A stretch of DNA of 61,624 bases, filler included, from Fonticula-like sp. SCN 57-25 (GCA_001724245.1; 9 parts of 9 records of this genome joined end to end with filler, not necessarily neighbours in it); one strand, 5' to 3'; counted from the whole stretch's first letter, positions 25,450 to 33,760 are shown. The notes: a model not told the origin generated them from the sequence alone. Numbers and translations: made by a program.

Positions 25450-25515
25450 CTCTAACAATTCGTTCAAGGCGGACGCGCGAAAAAGCCCGCGCGCCGCTTA
25501 ACTCCAGCGTTAGGC
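25450..25515 (+). repeat. attC: attC 1 (type B)
   Basis: CTCTAAC..GCGGACGCGCGAAAAAGCCCGCGCGCCGCTTAA..GTTAGGC. Confidence 0.93.
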
Positions 25516-25518
25516 CTC

Positions 25519-25827
25519 ATGGACAGCAAATTCCTAATCGCATCCGTCGCTCTCGTAGTCCTTTGGTTCCTATGGCTATGGTTAGCAATCGCGCTCTACG
25601 AAAAAATTGACTCGCGCTTTTCTGGCCTGCTGCCTGTTCTACATAGCCGGCTTCAACCAGTTACCAATTGGCCTTCATCGTGGGCCCTACTCAAATTTCT
25701 TTGCGCCGCTCGGCCCGGTACCATCAACGATCCATCCATTTTTAAAGCTATCTCTGTCGTTCGGTGGCTTGCTGTTCCTGTACTGTTCTTGTGGGGCTAC
25801 GTGTTGTACATCCAGTTGCAACGGTAG
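25519..25827 (+). CDS. Cassette 1: small 2-TM hypothetical protein
   Basis: 102 aa, hydrophobic termini, paralog of cassette 14. Confidence 0.8.
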   Translation: MDSKFLIASVALVVLWFLWLWLAIALYEKIDSRFSGLLPVLHSRLQPVTNWPSSWALLKFLCAARPGTINDPSIFKAISVVRWLAVPVLFLWGYVLYIQLQR

Positions 25828-25830
25828 CTG

Positions 25831-25887
25831 GCCTAACATCTCGTTCAAGGCGGACGGCTTCGCCGCCGCTTAACTCCAGCGTTAGGT
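25831..25887 (+). repeat. attC: attC 2 (type A)
   Basis: GCCTAAC..GGCGGACGGCTTCGCCGCCGCTTAA..GTTAGGT. Confidence 0.93.
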
Positions 25888-25909
25888 GCGCAGGGGAGCA
25901 TCTCGGTTC

Positions 25910-26782
25910 ATGGTTCTTTCTCAAAAAACGCTCGAGTCGCTTCGGGAAATGATCAACGAAAGGACGGAGTACCGCTCCGGCCCGAAGATCATCCAATTCT
26001 TCAATGGTCTCGGATTCAACGATTCGTACGGCCAGGGATTCCCTTCGCGTTGGATGTTCACGGATGATCGCCTGTCAAAGATCAATGGAACGCCAAAGAT
26101 TGATGAATGCATTAGGCGCACGTTTGCCCCAATCAATTTTGTTGGCCGCATGGGCGAGCTTGATCAACTTCTGAGCGACTTCAATCAGTACTTGGCTTTT
26201 GACAAATGGCGTATTGATCGTGATGGAGCGGACCTTAACTTCCGGCGGCTTGAGCGCGTTGAGGTGCAGGAACCACCCTCCCCAGAACAGCGAGAGGATG
26301 ACTTCTTGCGGCGCGACTTCTCTGACGTTCGCTTTGATGGGCTAGGACTAGAGCCCTCCGTTCTTGTCGTGCTAGAGCAGAGAGTCAAGGAGATAGAGAA
26401 GTGCTTCTCATCCGGGTCACCTCTTGCGGTGATTCTTCTCGCCGGCAGCACGCTTGAGGGCGTGCTCCTTGGCGTTGCCACTTGCCATCCCCGGGTGTTC
26501 AACAGTGCATCTGCCGCACCAAAAGACCAGGCTGGAAAGGTTCGTGCCTTTCAGGGTTGGACGCTCAATAGCTTTATTGACGTATCCCGAGAACTTCAGC
26601 TAATTGAGCACGACACCCACAAGTTCAGCCACGCTCTCAGAGACTTTCGCAACTACATCCATCCTTTCGAACAACTAGCTTCCGGCTTTTCGCCGCGTGA
26701 GCACACTGCCAAAATTTGTCTTCAAGTGCTAAAGGCCGCCTCACATGACCTACGTCAGAACGTTTCACGGCTGCGCACCTAA
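25910..26782 (+). CDS. Cassette 2: HEPN-like (abortive-infection-type) domain protein
   Basis: 290 aa from ATG 25910 after AGGGGAG. Helical C-domain with GSTLEG and LRDFRNYIHP (R..H motif). Stop lies in attC R''. Confidence 0.7.
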   Translation: MVLSQKTLESLREMINERTEYRSGPKIIQFFNGLGFNDSYGQGFPSRWMFTDDRLSKINGTPKIDECIRRTFAPINFVGRMGELDQLLSDFNQYLAFDKWRIDRDGADLNFRRLERVEVQEPPSPEQREDDFLRRDFSDVRFDGLGLEPSVLVVLEQRVKEIEKCFSSGSPLAVILLAGSTLEGVLLGVATCHPRVFNSASAAPKDQAGKVRAFQGWTLNSFIDVSRELQLIEHDTHKFSHALRDFRNYIHPFEQLASGFSPREHTAKICLQVLKAASHDLRQNVSRLRT

Positions 26783-26836
26783 CAATTCATTCAAGCCGAC
26801 GCCGCTTCGCGGCGCGGCTTAATTCAATTGTTAGGC
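26777..26836 (+). repeat. attC: attC 3 (type C)
   Basis: ACCTAACAATTCATTCAAGCCGACGCCGCTTCGCGGCGCGGCTTAATTC..GTTAGGC. Confidence 0.95.
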
Positions 26837-26840
26837 CTCT

Positions 26841-27167
26841 ATGCCGTATGTCGTTTGCCCAATCTGCAAAGCCCCATTCCACTTGAACGTTCGTGGCGAT
26901 CCGCGGGCGTGGGAGGCTCAGCACGTTACGGACCGAACGGAGGACGGTATTCCGCTCCTCGCGTGCATCCGCTGCTGGGTTGAGCTAAAGCCCGGCCACA
27001 GGGTTACTCTGCGCGTAGCTCGTGGGGATCTTGCAGTTGGCTCAGAGGGCATCGTCTTGTCTTCCAAGGATGGGGCGTTTGTAGTTTCCTTTGGCACCGC
27101 TCAGGCAGAGTTGACTAGGTCTGACTTGTTCTACGTCGTGGGCCAGCAGTCACCGGACGCGGCCTAA
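26841..27167 (+). CDS. Cassette 3: CxxC/CxxC zinc-binding hypothetical protein
   Basis: 108 aa. CPIC and CIRC, then a beta-rich SH3/KOW-like tail. Confidence 0.75.
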   Translation: MPYVVCPICKAPFHLNVRGDPRAWEAQHVTDRTEDGIPLLACIRCWVELKPGHRVTLRVARGDLAVGSEGIVLSSKDGAFVVSFGTAQAELTRSDLFYVVGQQSPDAA

Positions 27168-27221
27168 CAATTCATTCAAGCCGAACCCGCTTCGCGGGTC
27201 GGCTTAATTCAGGTGTTAGGC
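27162..27221 (+). repeat. attC: attC 4 (type C)
   Basis: GCCTAAC..AAGCCGAACCCGCTTCGCGGGTCGGCTTAA..GTTAGGC. Confidence 0.95.
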
Positions 27222-27223
27222 AT

Positions 27224-27532
27224 ATGGATATCGGTCAGCTCAAAAAGATGCGCAGGCATCGTCGCCTCTTCCGCTTAATGGGGGTTATGTGGGCGGTCGT
27301 CGGCGGGATGCTCCTGGTCTCGTTCATCCCGCTGGTCTTGGATCCCAGTGCATCCATTGTCTACAACGGTGCGCCTACTACTGCGTTCGGCCCCAAGCTT
27401 TCCGCGGCGTTGTTTGCTGGTGCGTTCCTGGGCGCCGGCCTTTGCTTCCTCTTCCTGCCGGCGCGCATACTTGATCGGCTTTTTGTCTGGCGCCAGTCTG
27501 CCCTGTCCGCCTTCATGTTCTGGCGGCGTTAG
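27224..27532 (+). CDS. Cassette 4: 2-TM hypothetical protein
   Basis: 102 aa, two hydrophobic segments. Confidence 0.75.
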   Translation: MDIGQLKKMRRHRRLFRLMGVMWAVVGGMLLVSFIPLVLDPSASIVYNGAPTTAFGPKLSAALFAGAFLGAGLCFLFLPARILDRLFVWRQSALSAFMFWRR

Positions 27533-27533
27533 C

Positions 27534-27590
27534 GCCTAACCACTCGTTCAAGGTGGACGGCTTCGCCGCCGCTTAACTCAAGCGTTAGGT
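27534..27590 (+). repeat. attC: attC 5 (type A)
   Basis: GCCTAAC..GTTAGGT. Confidence 0.93.
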
Positions 27591-27617
27591 TGCTTGTCCA
27601 ACACTGCTAGGCGTCGA

Positions 27618-28052
27618 ATGGATCCACTCGATCAATCATTGCTCATGGACCTTGTGCTCGCTATCAAGGATGGCGAGGAGGAGCGCGTGCATCAGCTACT
27701 TACACTCGGTGTTCCACCCGATCGTATCGACAAGTCTTCCGGCTGGAGCGCATTGCACGCTTCGGTTCTGTACAACACAGTATTTCTCCCAGCACTTCTA
27801 CAGCGCACACTCAATCCAGACGCGCCTACGGTCCTTGGCGGCACAGCACTCTCATATGCCGTTCACGAGCTTGGCGAGAACCCAAGCATTGAACGCCAGC
27901 GGCAACTTCACGACGCAATAGGCTTGCTTCGACGCTCAGGCGCAAATCCCAAGTTCGGCGGCCCAGATCAGAGTGCTCTTGAGCTTTCTCGTCTTTACAG
28001 AATGCCGGATGTAGAGCAACTTCTTTTGCAAAGCGTGGGTGGCGCAACCTAA
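27618..28052 (+). CDS. Cassette 5: ankyrin-repeat protein
   Basis: GWSALHAS, GGTALSYAV, GANP, SALELS. Start ATG 27618 or TTG 27594. Confidence 0.8.
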   Translation: MDPLDQSLLMDLVLAIKDGEEERVHQLLTLGVPPDRIDKSSGWSALHASVLYNTVFLPALLQRTLNPDAPTVLGGTALSYAVHELGENPSIERQRQLHDAIGLLRRSGANPKFGGPDQSALELSRLYRMPDVEQLLLQSVGGAT

Positions 28053-28109
28053 CTATGCGTCCAAGCGGACGCGCGAAAAGCCGCGCGCCGCTTAACTCCA
28101 GCGTTAGTC
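28047..28109 (+). repeat. attC: attC 6 (type B)
   Basis: ACCTAAC..GTTAGTC. Confidence 0.93.
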
Positions 28110-28233
28110 GGCAGCTCGTGTTGGTTTGTCGCATCGTGTGTTTCGCCCAGCTTCGCGCTGGCTTGTCGTCCGTCGCTGCAGCAGCTTNTCGTCGTGCGCC
28201 AACATCGTCGCCCGAGCATGCTGCGTCGCAACC
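28110..28233 (+). other. Cassette 6: ORF-less cassette (contains an N)
   Basis: No credible start codon with RBS. Both ends similar to cassette 11. Confidence 0.75.
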
Positions 28234-28289
28234 GTCTAACTCCTCGTCCAAGCGGACGGCTGCGCCGCCGCTTAACTCAGGCGTTAGGC
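28234..28289 (+). repeat. attC: attC 7 (type A)
   Basis: GTCTAAC..GTTAGGC. Confidence 0.92.
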
Positions 28290-28299
28290 CCAGAAAAGC

Positions 28300-28842
28300 A
28301 TGGGTACCACATACCGATTCGTTGCAGCTCCTTCCGAACCGTCCGAAGTTCTTGGGTGGTTCAGGTCTTTGCCATCTCCACCTGAGGAGGTTCCTGCCAA
28401 ACACGGGGCCACCCTCTACTTCAGGGAGTCAGGTCCGCTCAACTATGGCGTGGACGGGCGCATCGACCCAAGATCATCTCCCGTAGTAACAGTCTTCCTC
28501 CCTCAGATTCGCCGCGGCTCACTATGGACGGTTGGTGAGGTTCACTTTCTGGCTACGCCGCTGCGGCAACAGTTCCCCGCCCTCTACAGGGTTAGCTCCG
28601 CGTTTTCAAAATGGTTGGCAGACCTGCCTTGCGTTTATACAAACAAGCGCAAAGAAAACGAGTTCGGCTACTACCTAGAAGGCTCCGTCAAAAACCACGA
28701 TGAGCCAGTGTATGCGTTTGACTCCGGCCTGAGTGCACTTCAATCTGGTCGCTACTTCGTCGGGGAACGCGACAATGACTCTGTGCTCAATTCTCTGTGC
28801 AAGGCACTTCGGCTCCGCGGGGTTGAGTGTGCCGAGGCCTAA
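28300..28842 (+). CDS. Cassette 7: soluble hypothetical protein
   Basis: 180 aa, fills the cassette, stop in R''. Confidence 0.8.
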   Translation: MGTTYRFVAAPSEPSEVLGWFRSLPSPPEEVPAKHGATLYFRESGPLNYGVDGRIDPRSSPVVTVFLPQIRRGSLWTVGEVHFLATPLRQQFPALYRVSSAFSKWLADLPCVYTNKRKENEFGYYLEGSVKNHDEPVYAFDSGLSALQSGRYFVGERDNDSVLNSLCKALRLRGVECAEA

Positions 28843-28893
28843 CCAGTCATTCGAGGCGGACGGCTTCGCCGCCGCTCAATTCCAGCGTTAGGC
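28837..28893 (+). repeat. attC: attC 8 (type A)
   Basis: GCCTAAC..TTCGAGGCGGACGGCTTCGCCGCCGCTCAA..GTTAGGC. Confidence 0.92.
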
Positions 28894-28900
28894 CTCTTAA

Positions 28901-29311
28901 ATGAAAGTCTCGGAACTTTTAGAGGATCTTCAGACTGCACTCGAGCAGTTCCCGGACGCGCACGACTGGAGGATAGGCGTCGCCAGTTATGTTGATCAGC
29001 CCGGCGGTGAAATTTCAGTAATGTACGTAGCCAGCGTTCACAGCGACTCGGATGAGGAGTTCTTTCTTGTTCCGGAGGGCTACGGCGAGTTATATAACCT
29101 AGCCGAGGCGCCTCTTACGGCAGACGAGCTACTAGCCAAGCTCAAGGCCGAGACCGGCTGGGCCGGATTTATCGCCTACACTAGGAGCAAGGTTAACGAG
29201 CAGGCGGATGGTTCCGTGGTCAGCATGAACATGCCACTGTGGGGCTGTGGTGTGCAGCCAAACGCGCATCTTGTGTACTTTTATTTTGGGCCAGGCGCGC
29301 CAGAGGCCTAA
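28901..29311 (+). CDS. Cassette 8: acidic hypothetical protein
   Basis: 136 aa, stop in R''. Confidence 0.78.
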   Translation: MKVSELLEDLQTALEQFPDAHDWRIGVASYVDQPGGEISVMYVASVHSDSDEEFFLVPEGYGELYNLAEAPLTADELLAKLKAETGWAGFIAYTRSKVNEQADGSVVSMNMPLWGCGVQPNAHLVYFYFGPGAPEA

Positions 29312-29362
29312 CAACTCGTTCAAGGCGGACGGCTTCGCCGCCGCTTAACTCAAGCGTTAGGC
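29306..29362 (+). repeat. attC: attC 9 (type A)
   Basis: GCCTAAC..GTTAGGC. Confidence 0.93.
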
Positions 29363-29366
29363 CTAG

Positions 29367-29693
29367 ATGGAAACATTCGTCAACATTGTGTTCGTTGTTT
29401 CAGTCATCGCTGTGTTCCCAGCGTTTCTTGCGTCCATCTACTGTTCTTATGCGCTCAATCGCTATGTTCGTAAATCGCATCCAGAGATATGGGCCAAGAT
29501 CGCACCGCAACCCATGGCGCAACCTTCGCTATCTTCACCAGCTTCACGCTTCGTGACGCAACGGAAGTATCGCGAGGTAAACGATGTTCGGCTCAACGTC
29601 CTCGGCGATCGTTGCTTCCGGCTCTTATACTTCGCTGTATCGATTTTTCTTATTGTCGTCTTGTCGGGCCTTGCTTCCAGTTCCCCAAAGTAG
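29367..29693 (+). CDS. Cassette 9: 2-TM hypothetical protein
   Basis: 108 aa, TM - YVRKSHPEIWAKI loop - TM. Confidence 0.78.
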   Translation: METFVNIVFVVSVIAVFPAFLASIYCSYALNRYVRKSHPEIWAKIAPQPMAQPSLSSPASRFVTQRKYREVNDVRLNVLGDRCFRLLYFAVSIFLIVVLSGLASSSPK

Positions 29694-29707
29694 GGGCGCT
29701 GCTCAAG

Positions 29708-29764
29708 GCCTAACATTTCGTTCAAGGCGGACGGCTACGCCGCCGCTTAACTCTAGCGTTAGGT
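29708..29764 (+). repeat. attC: attC 10 (type A)
   Basis: GCCTAAC..GTTAGGT. Confidence 0.92.
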
Positions 29765-29791
29765 CATCATCGTTCTCCTACGGTCGACGTC

Positions 29792-30016
29792 GTGAAAACT
29801 TTCCTTGTACTAGTCATCGTTCTCGCTATGTGGAGCCCTGGCCTTTGGTTTGCTGGCCACCTAACGGATCTCTACGGGTCTGAGGGTAATGCTCCCTTTA
29901 TGGCGTTCGTTGTGGAAATCGTTTTACTTCTCTTGCCTATCTACTTCGCTTTCGGCCCCGGCCACAAGCACCTAGAATCCTTACTGAAGTTTCTTGGCAT
30001 AGTCGACGACGACTAG
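29792..30016 (+). CDS. Cassette 10: small membrane protein
   Basis: 74 aa, GTG start, two hydrophobic segments. Confidence 0.65.
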   Translation: MKTFLVLVIVLAMWSPGLWFAGHLTDLYGSEGNAPFMAFVVEIVLLLLPIYFAFGPGHKHLESLLKFLGIVDDD

Positions 30017-30024
30017 TGGGTACG

Positions 30025-30081
30025 ACCTAACAATTCGTTCAAGGCGGACGGCTGCGCCGCCGCTTAACTCCGGCGTTAGTC
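30025..30081 (+). repeat. attC: attC 11 (type A)
   Basis: ACCTAAC..GTTAGTC. Confidence 0.92.
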
Positions 30082-30279
30082 GGTAGCTCGTGTGGGTTCT
30101 TCGTGTGGTGTGTTTCGCCCAGCGTCGCGCTGGCTTGTCGTCCGTCGCCGCAGCAACTTCTCGCGTGGCATCGTCGCAAGCCTGGGCATTCAGAGCTGGC
30201 AGTTTTGGGGGTAGTCGGTTGTTCAAGCTTGGCGTTCGTCGTGGCAGTCGTTGCCGCCCGAGCATGCAGCGTCGCAACC
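30082..30279 (+). other. Cassette 11: ORF-less cassette, full-length relative of cassette 6
   Basis: About 200 bp, G/T-rich and A-poor. Only a GTG-started 60-aa frame with no RBS. Confidence 0.75.
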
Positions 30280-30342
30280 GTCTAACATTTCGTCCAAGCG
30301 GACGCGCGAAAAGCCGCGCGCCGCTTAACTCCAGCGTTAGAG
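30280..30342 (+). repeat. attC: attC 12 (type B)
   Basis: GTCTAAC..GTTAGAG. Confidence 0.92.
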
Positions 30343-30351
30343 GTCGAAGAC

Positions 30352-30855
30352 ATGAAGCCACAGGAACTCATGACGCTTGCGCTACGCGTCTTGGCTGTTT
30401 TCATCGCCTCGCGAGCACTCGTCTATCTAGCTGATGCTGCCGTCTTCGTGGTTATGCCAACTCAGAATCAGCTCGGCCTCCCTTTTCCAATCCTCGCTCT
30501 AATTTCTTTGCTCGGGCCGGCAATTGCAGCAATCGTCGTCTGGTGGTGTGCGCCTTATCTCGCACGGCTAGCGGCGCGCGGCATCACCGATGTCCCGGTG
30601 GCAGCGCTAGACCAGCAATCAATTGTCGGTGCTGTGTTCGTCGCAGCAGGCACCCTCATATTCATCCTCGCGTTACCGGGTTTGGTTGGCAACGTAATTC
30701 GCGCATTTAGCACACATGGGTTGTTCGTGCTGCCGTCACTTGTCGCCAGCGTCGTCCAGTGCATCCTTGGTGCAGCTCTCGTTGTAGGTGCTCGGGTTAC
30801 TTCTCGGCTTCTGCTCCGTCTGCGTTACGCTGGCACTGGGGCACGCGACCTCTAA
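30352..30855 (+). CDS. Cassette 12: 4-TM hypothetical protein
   Basis: 167 aa, four hydrophobic segments. Confidence 0.8.
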   Translation: MKPQELMTLALRVLAVFIASRALVYLADAAVFVVMPTQNQLGLPFPILALISLLGPAIAAIVVWWCAPYLARLAARGITDVPVAALDQQSIVGAVFVAAGTLIFILALPGLVGNVIRAFSTHGLFVLPSLVASVVQCILGAALVVGARVTSRLLLRLRYAGTGARDL

Positions 30856-30915
30856 CATTTCGTCCAAGCGGACGCGCGGAAAAAGCCCGCGCGCCGCTTA
30901 ACTCAGGCGTTAGCC
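30850..30915 (+). repeat. attC: attC 13 (type B)
   Basis: CTCTAAC..GTTAGCC. Confidence 0.92.
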
Positions 30916-30932
30916 ACCCAGGAGAGTCTCTC

Positions 30933-31271
30933 GTGGATCCAACTCTTGCTTCGCTTCTTGGAACCATCGTAGGTGGCGGTATAACGTACCTACTCAATAG
31001 GCAGTTACACGCACAGCAACTTGCAGCGTTGAAGGAGCAGTTCAAGACAGATTTCATGGCAGAGGAGACAGCTCGCCACTTCTTGAGCCATAAGTCCTTC
31101 ACGGACAGGTCATTTGACGTACTCAAAAAGCACCTTGGTGGGTTCTCGGAGGATGACCTCCGGAAAATTCTCGTGCGTGCCGGTGCAATCAGAACCTTTC
31201 GAGAGGACGGCACAGAGTGGTGGCGCCTCCTGAGTCGCATGGATGAGTACATCGAGAAGAAAGGTGGCTAA
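30933..31271 (+). CDS. Cassette 13: N-terminal TM plus small soluble domain
   Basis: GTG 30933 after AGGAG, 112 aa. RSFDVLKKHLGGFSEDDLRKILVRAGA..EWW resembles a winged helix. Confidence 0.78.
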   Translation: MDPTLASLLGTIVGGGITYLLNRQLHAQQLAALKEQFKTDFMAEETARHFLSHKSFTDRSFDVLKKHLGGFSEDDLRKILVRAGAIRTFREDGTEWWRLLSRMDEYIEKKGG

Positions 31272-31325
31272 CAATTCATTCAAGCCGAAGCCGCTTCGCG
31301 GCTCGGCTTAATTCAGGCGTTAGGC
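31266..31325 (+). repeat. attC: attC 14 (type C)
   Basis: GGCTAACAATTCATTCAAGCCGAAGCCGCTTCGCGGCTCGGCTTAATTCAGGCGTTAGGC. Confidence 0.95.
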
Positions 31326-31328
31326 CTC

Positions 31329-31643
31329 ATGCACGATAGATTCGTACTTGCGTCAATTGCTCTCGTAGCCCTTTGGCTACTATGGCTATGGCTGGCAGTC
31401 GCGCTCTACCAAAAAGTGGATTCACGCTTTTCTGGCCTGCTGCCTGCCCTTCATAGCCGGCTTCAACCAGTTACTGATTGGACTTCATCATGGGCGTTGC
31501 TCAAATTTATTTGCAAAGCCCGGCCGAGCCTCATCGATGATCCTTCAATTCTCAAAGCTGTTTCGGTTGTTCGCTGGCTTGCTGTTCCAGTACTGTTCCT
31601 GTGGGCCTACGTTTTGTACTTCCAGTTGCAACACCCGGCCTAA
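31329..31643 (+). CDS. Cassette 14: small 2-TM protein, paralog of cassette 1
   Basis: 104 aa. Shares DSRFSGLLP.LHSRLQPVT.W.SSWALLKF and VVRWLAVPVLFLW with cassette 1. Confidence 0.82.
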   Translation: MHDRFVLASIALVALWLLWLWLAVALYQKVDSRFSGLLPALHSRLQPVTDWTSSWALLKFICKARPSLIDDPSILKAVSVVRWLAVPVLFLWAYVLYFQLQHPA

Positions 31644-31694
31644 CCAGTCGTTAAAGGCGGACGGCTTCGCCGCCGCTTAACTCCAGCGTTAGGC
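31638..31694 (+). repeat. attC: attC 15 (type A)
   Basis: GCCTAAC..GTTAGGC. Confidence 0.92.
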
Positions 31695-31739
31695 TCAGCT
31701 GCTTCAAGCCTCCACAAAACTAGGCAAATCCGAAAAGCC

Positions 31740-31997
31740 ATGAACTCCGACGATCCATCCACCAAGCCGAAGATGTCTTTCAAGCAAAGGATGTTGGCTT
31801 TGGTGAGCGTACTTTGGGTAATCGTTGTATTTGTTGTTTCCCTAAACTTCAACTCACATCAAATTAGTCGCTATTCACCAAACGAGCGGCTCGACGTCCT
31901 CGGCTTCTTCAATGGCTTTGTTATCTTCGGTATCATCCCGCTGATCTTGCTATTCGGCATCAAGTGGGTGGCTGCGGCACGCCGGCATAGGGGCTAG
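31740..31997 (+). CDS. Cassette 15: 2-TM hypothetical protein
   Basis: 85 aa, two hydrophobic segments. Confidence 0.72.
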   Translation: MNSDDPSTKPKMSFKQRMLALVSVLWVIVVFVVSLNFNSHQISRYSPNERLDVLGFFNGFVIFGIIPLILLFGIKWVAAARRHRG

Positions 31998-32015
31998 CAC
32001 TCTTGTTGCCCGTCC

Positions 32016-32079
32016 GCCTAACCACTCGTCCAAGCGGACGCGCGAAAAAGCCGCGCGCCGCTTAACTCAAGCGTTAGGC
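32016..32079 (+). repeat. attC: attC 16 (type B)
   Basis: GCCTAAC..GTTAGGC. Confidence 0.93.
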
Positions 32080-32086
32080 TCCAAAA

Positions 32087-32491
32087 GTGAAAGTCACGAA
32101 GTCAGCCGCCATTATGCTTCTTGCGCTCGTGCATGCGTTCGTTTTTGGCGTCGTGTGTGCGTCGATTGGCGCGCGCTTTGGATTCTACAATTTGGCTAGC
32201 GCAGGATCATTTATGCGTTCAGCGCTTCCGAGCGCCTCTATCGCCAGCCTTGTCGTAACTGCTCCGTTGGCGTTTGCTGCCGGGTGTATCGGTGGCAGAC
32301 CGTTCCTTTTGTACAGTAGCCTCGCTTTTATCTTGGCTTGGGTGACTTTGGCAATCTTGGACTACCGCCTAGTATTCCTACTTAGCGAATATTTTCTAAT
32401 TCCACCGGCTGTCGCGCTTATAGCAATTGCATGTTCTGGCTATGTATTTTTTACTCTGGGCTCCCGTGCTCGCCATAGCGTACGCGCCTAA
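32087..32491 (+). CDS. Cassette 16: 4-TM hypothetical protein
   Basis: 134 aa, hydrophobic, stop in R''. Confidence 0.75.
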   Translation: MKVTKSAAIMLLALVHAFVFGVVCASIGARFGFYNLASAGSFMRSALPSASIASLVVTAPLAFAAGCIGGRPFLLYSSLAFILAWVTLAILDYRLVFLLSEYFLIPPAVALIAIACSGYVFFTLGSRARHSVRA

Positions 32492-32542
32492 CCACTCGTT
32501 CAAGGCGGACGGCTTCGCCGCCGCTTAACTCAAGCGTTAGGC
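32486..32542 (+). repeat. attC: attC 17 (type A)
   Basis: GCCTAAC..GTTAGGC. Confidence 0.93.
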
Positions 32543-32602
32543 CGCTCAAAACGGTATCGTCGTAATCGCTGCATTTCTTTCAATTGCAAAGGGGAGTTGC
32601 TC

Positions 32603-32831
32603 ATGAAGGTCTTCGAATCTGCGTTGCTTTTCGGCGTTGCTTACGTTCAGCGCCATCTCGCTTGGACTTTTCCCGCGCCCACTCACGCTCAGCAATCCCA
32701 CGCTATTCGTTGAGGCGCTCGCCATCGCCGGCTTGGTTCTTTTCGGTCTTGGTGTACGCGGTCTCTATCGCGTTCATCGCGTCATTTCCGGCAACAGCTC
32801 GTACGCTCCGTCCCGCAGCGCAGCGGCCTAA
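32603..32831 (+). pseudogene. Cassette 17: frameshifted small membrane protein
   Basis: AGGGGAG RBS with ATG 32603 (MKVFESALLFG) stops after 36 codons. The +1 frame (LLTFSAISLG..AAA) ends at the R'' TAA. Confidence 0.55.
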
Positions 32832-32889
32832 CCCGTCGTCCAAGCGGACGCGCGAAAAAGCCGCGCGCCGCTTAACTCCAGCGTTAGTG
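32826..32889 (+). repeat. attC: attC 18 (type B)
   Basis: GCCTAAC..GTTAGTG. Confidence 0.92.
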
Positions 32890-32901
32890 ACTGACATTGC
32901 C

Positions 32902-33351
32902 ATGTCCAATCACAAGATTCGTCGTGCGGAGCCTGCCGACGCTACTGAAATCGCCGTGTGCCTTTCTGCTCTTGGTTACGGCACCTCGGCCAGTCTCGTT
33001 ACCGAACGACTTGCCTCATTTTCCAAGAGCCTCGTGGATGCTGTATTCGTCGCTTCGGTTTCCGGTCATGTACCGTTGCTGGGTGTTGTTAGCGTGCATT
33101 TGCTACCTCTCTTTCATACTCCAGGTCTACTAGGTCGCATCACCTCACTTGCAGTCAGCTCTGAGGCCCGCAGCAAAGGTGTAGGCAAAGCACTCGTTGC
33201 GGCAGCTGAGGAGTGGGCTTGGAGCGAGGGTGCTCAGCGCATGGAGGTTACGAGCGGCGATCACCGTCTCACTGCGCATGCGTTCTACCAAGCAGTCGGG
33301 TATTCGCTAGACGAGCGCCGCTTCATCAAGCATGCTGCCAAAGCAAGCTAA
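32902..33351 (+). CDS. Cassette 18: GNAT N-acetyltransferase
   Basis: 149 aa. IRRAEPAD, ITSLAVSSEARSKGVGKALV (motif A), AHAFYQAVGY. Confidence 0.92.
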   Translation: MSNHKIRRAEPADATEIAVCLSALGYGTSASLVTERLASFSKSLVDAVFVASVSGHVPLLGVVSVHLLPLFHTPGLLGRITSLAVSSEARSKGVGKALVAAAEEWAWSEGAQRMEVTSGDHRLTAHAFYQAVGYSLDERRFIKHAAKAS

Positions 33352-33402
33352 CAGTTCGTTCAAGGCGGACGGCTTCGCCGCCGCTTAACTCAAGCGTTAG
33401 GC
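33346..33402 (+). repeat. attC: attC 19 (type A)
   Basis: AGCTAAC..GTTAGGC. Confidence 0.92.
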
Positions 33403-33407
33403 CTTTC

Positions 33408-33704
33408 ATGCGAACACGCCAAGACTTTGATGCGGGCCTTTCTATAGTCGCTTCGGTTGTGCGGTCGTGGGATCCATATCGTCTCCTAGATTCAGGCGCG
33501 CCGCCTGACGAGTTCGACGCGCAGATCGCCAAAGTGGTTGCCTGCATTCCTCGCATCTCAAACGCAGCGGCAGCAGCAGCGGCGTTGTCATCGGCCTTCT
33601 CAGCATCGTTCGAGCCGGAGTTGTTCTCTCCTGCTCAATGCGCAGTTCCCGGGCAAGAGCTCTTTGCTAAGCTGTCGGCAGCGGGCCTTGTGGCATCGGC
33701 CTAA
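33408..33704 (+). CDS. Cassette 19: DUF1871/YugE-like protein
   Basis: 98 aa, WDPY.L...GAPPDEFD motif. Confidence 0.7.
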   Translation: MRTRQDFDAGLSIVASVVRSWDPYRLLDSGAPPDEFDAQIAKVVACIPRISNAAAAAAALSSAFSASFEPELFSPAQCAVPGQELFAKLSAAGLVASA

Positions 33705-33754
33705 CCAGTCATCCAAGCGGACGGCTTCGCCGCCGCTTAATTCCAGCGTTAGAC
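33699..33754 (+). repeat. attC: attC 20 (type A)
   Basis: GCCTAAC..GTTAGAC. Confidence 0.92.
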
Positions 33755-33760
33755 ATTAGG

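Noticed and set aside
32584-33351. ORFs reading through attC sites (also 28055-28486, 30090-30434, 30759-31271, 33213-33704)
   Set aside because: These are chance open frames across GC-rich attC. Better starts lie inside each cassette (32902, 30933, 33408).
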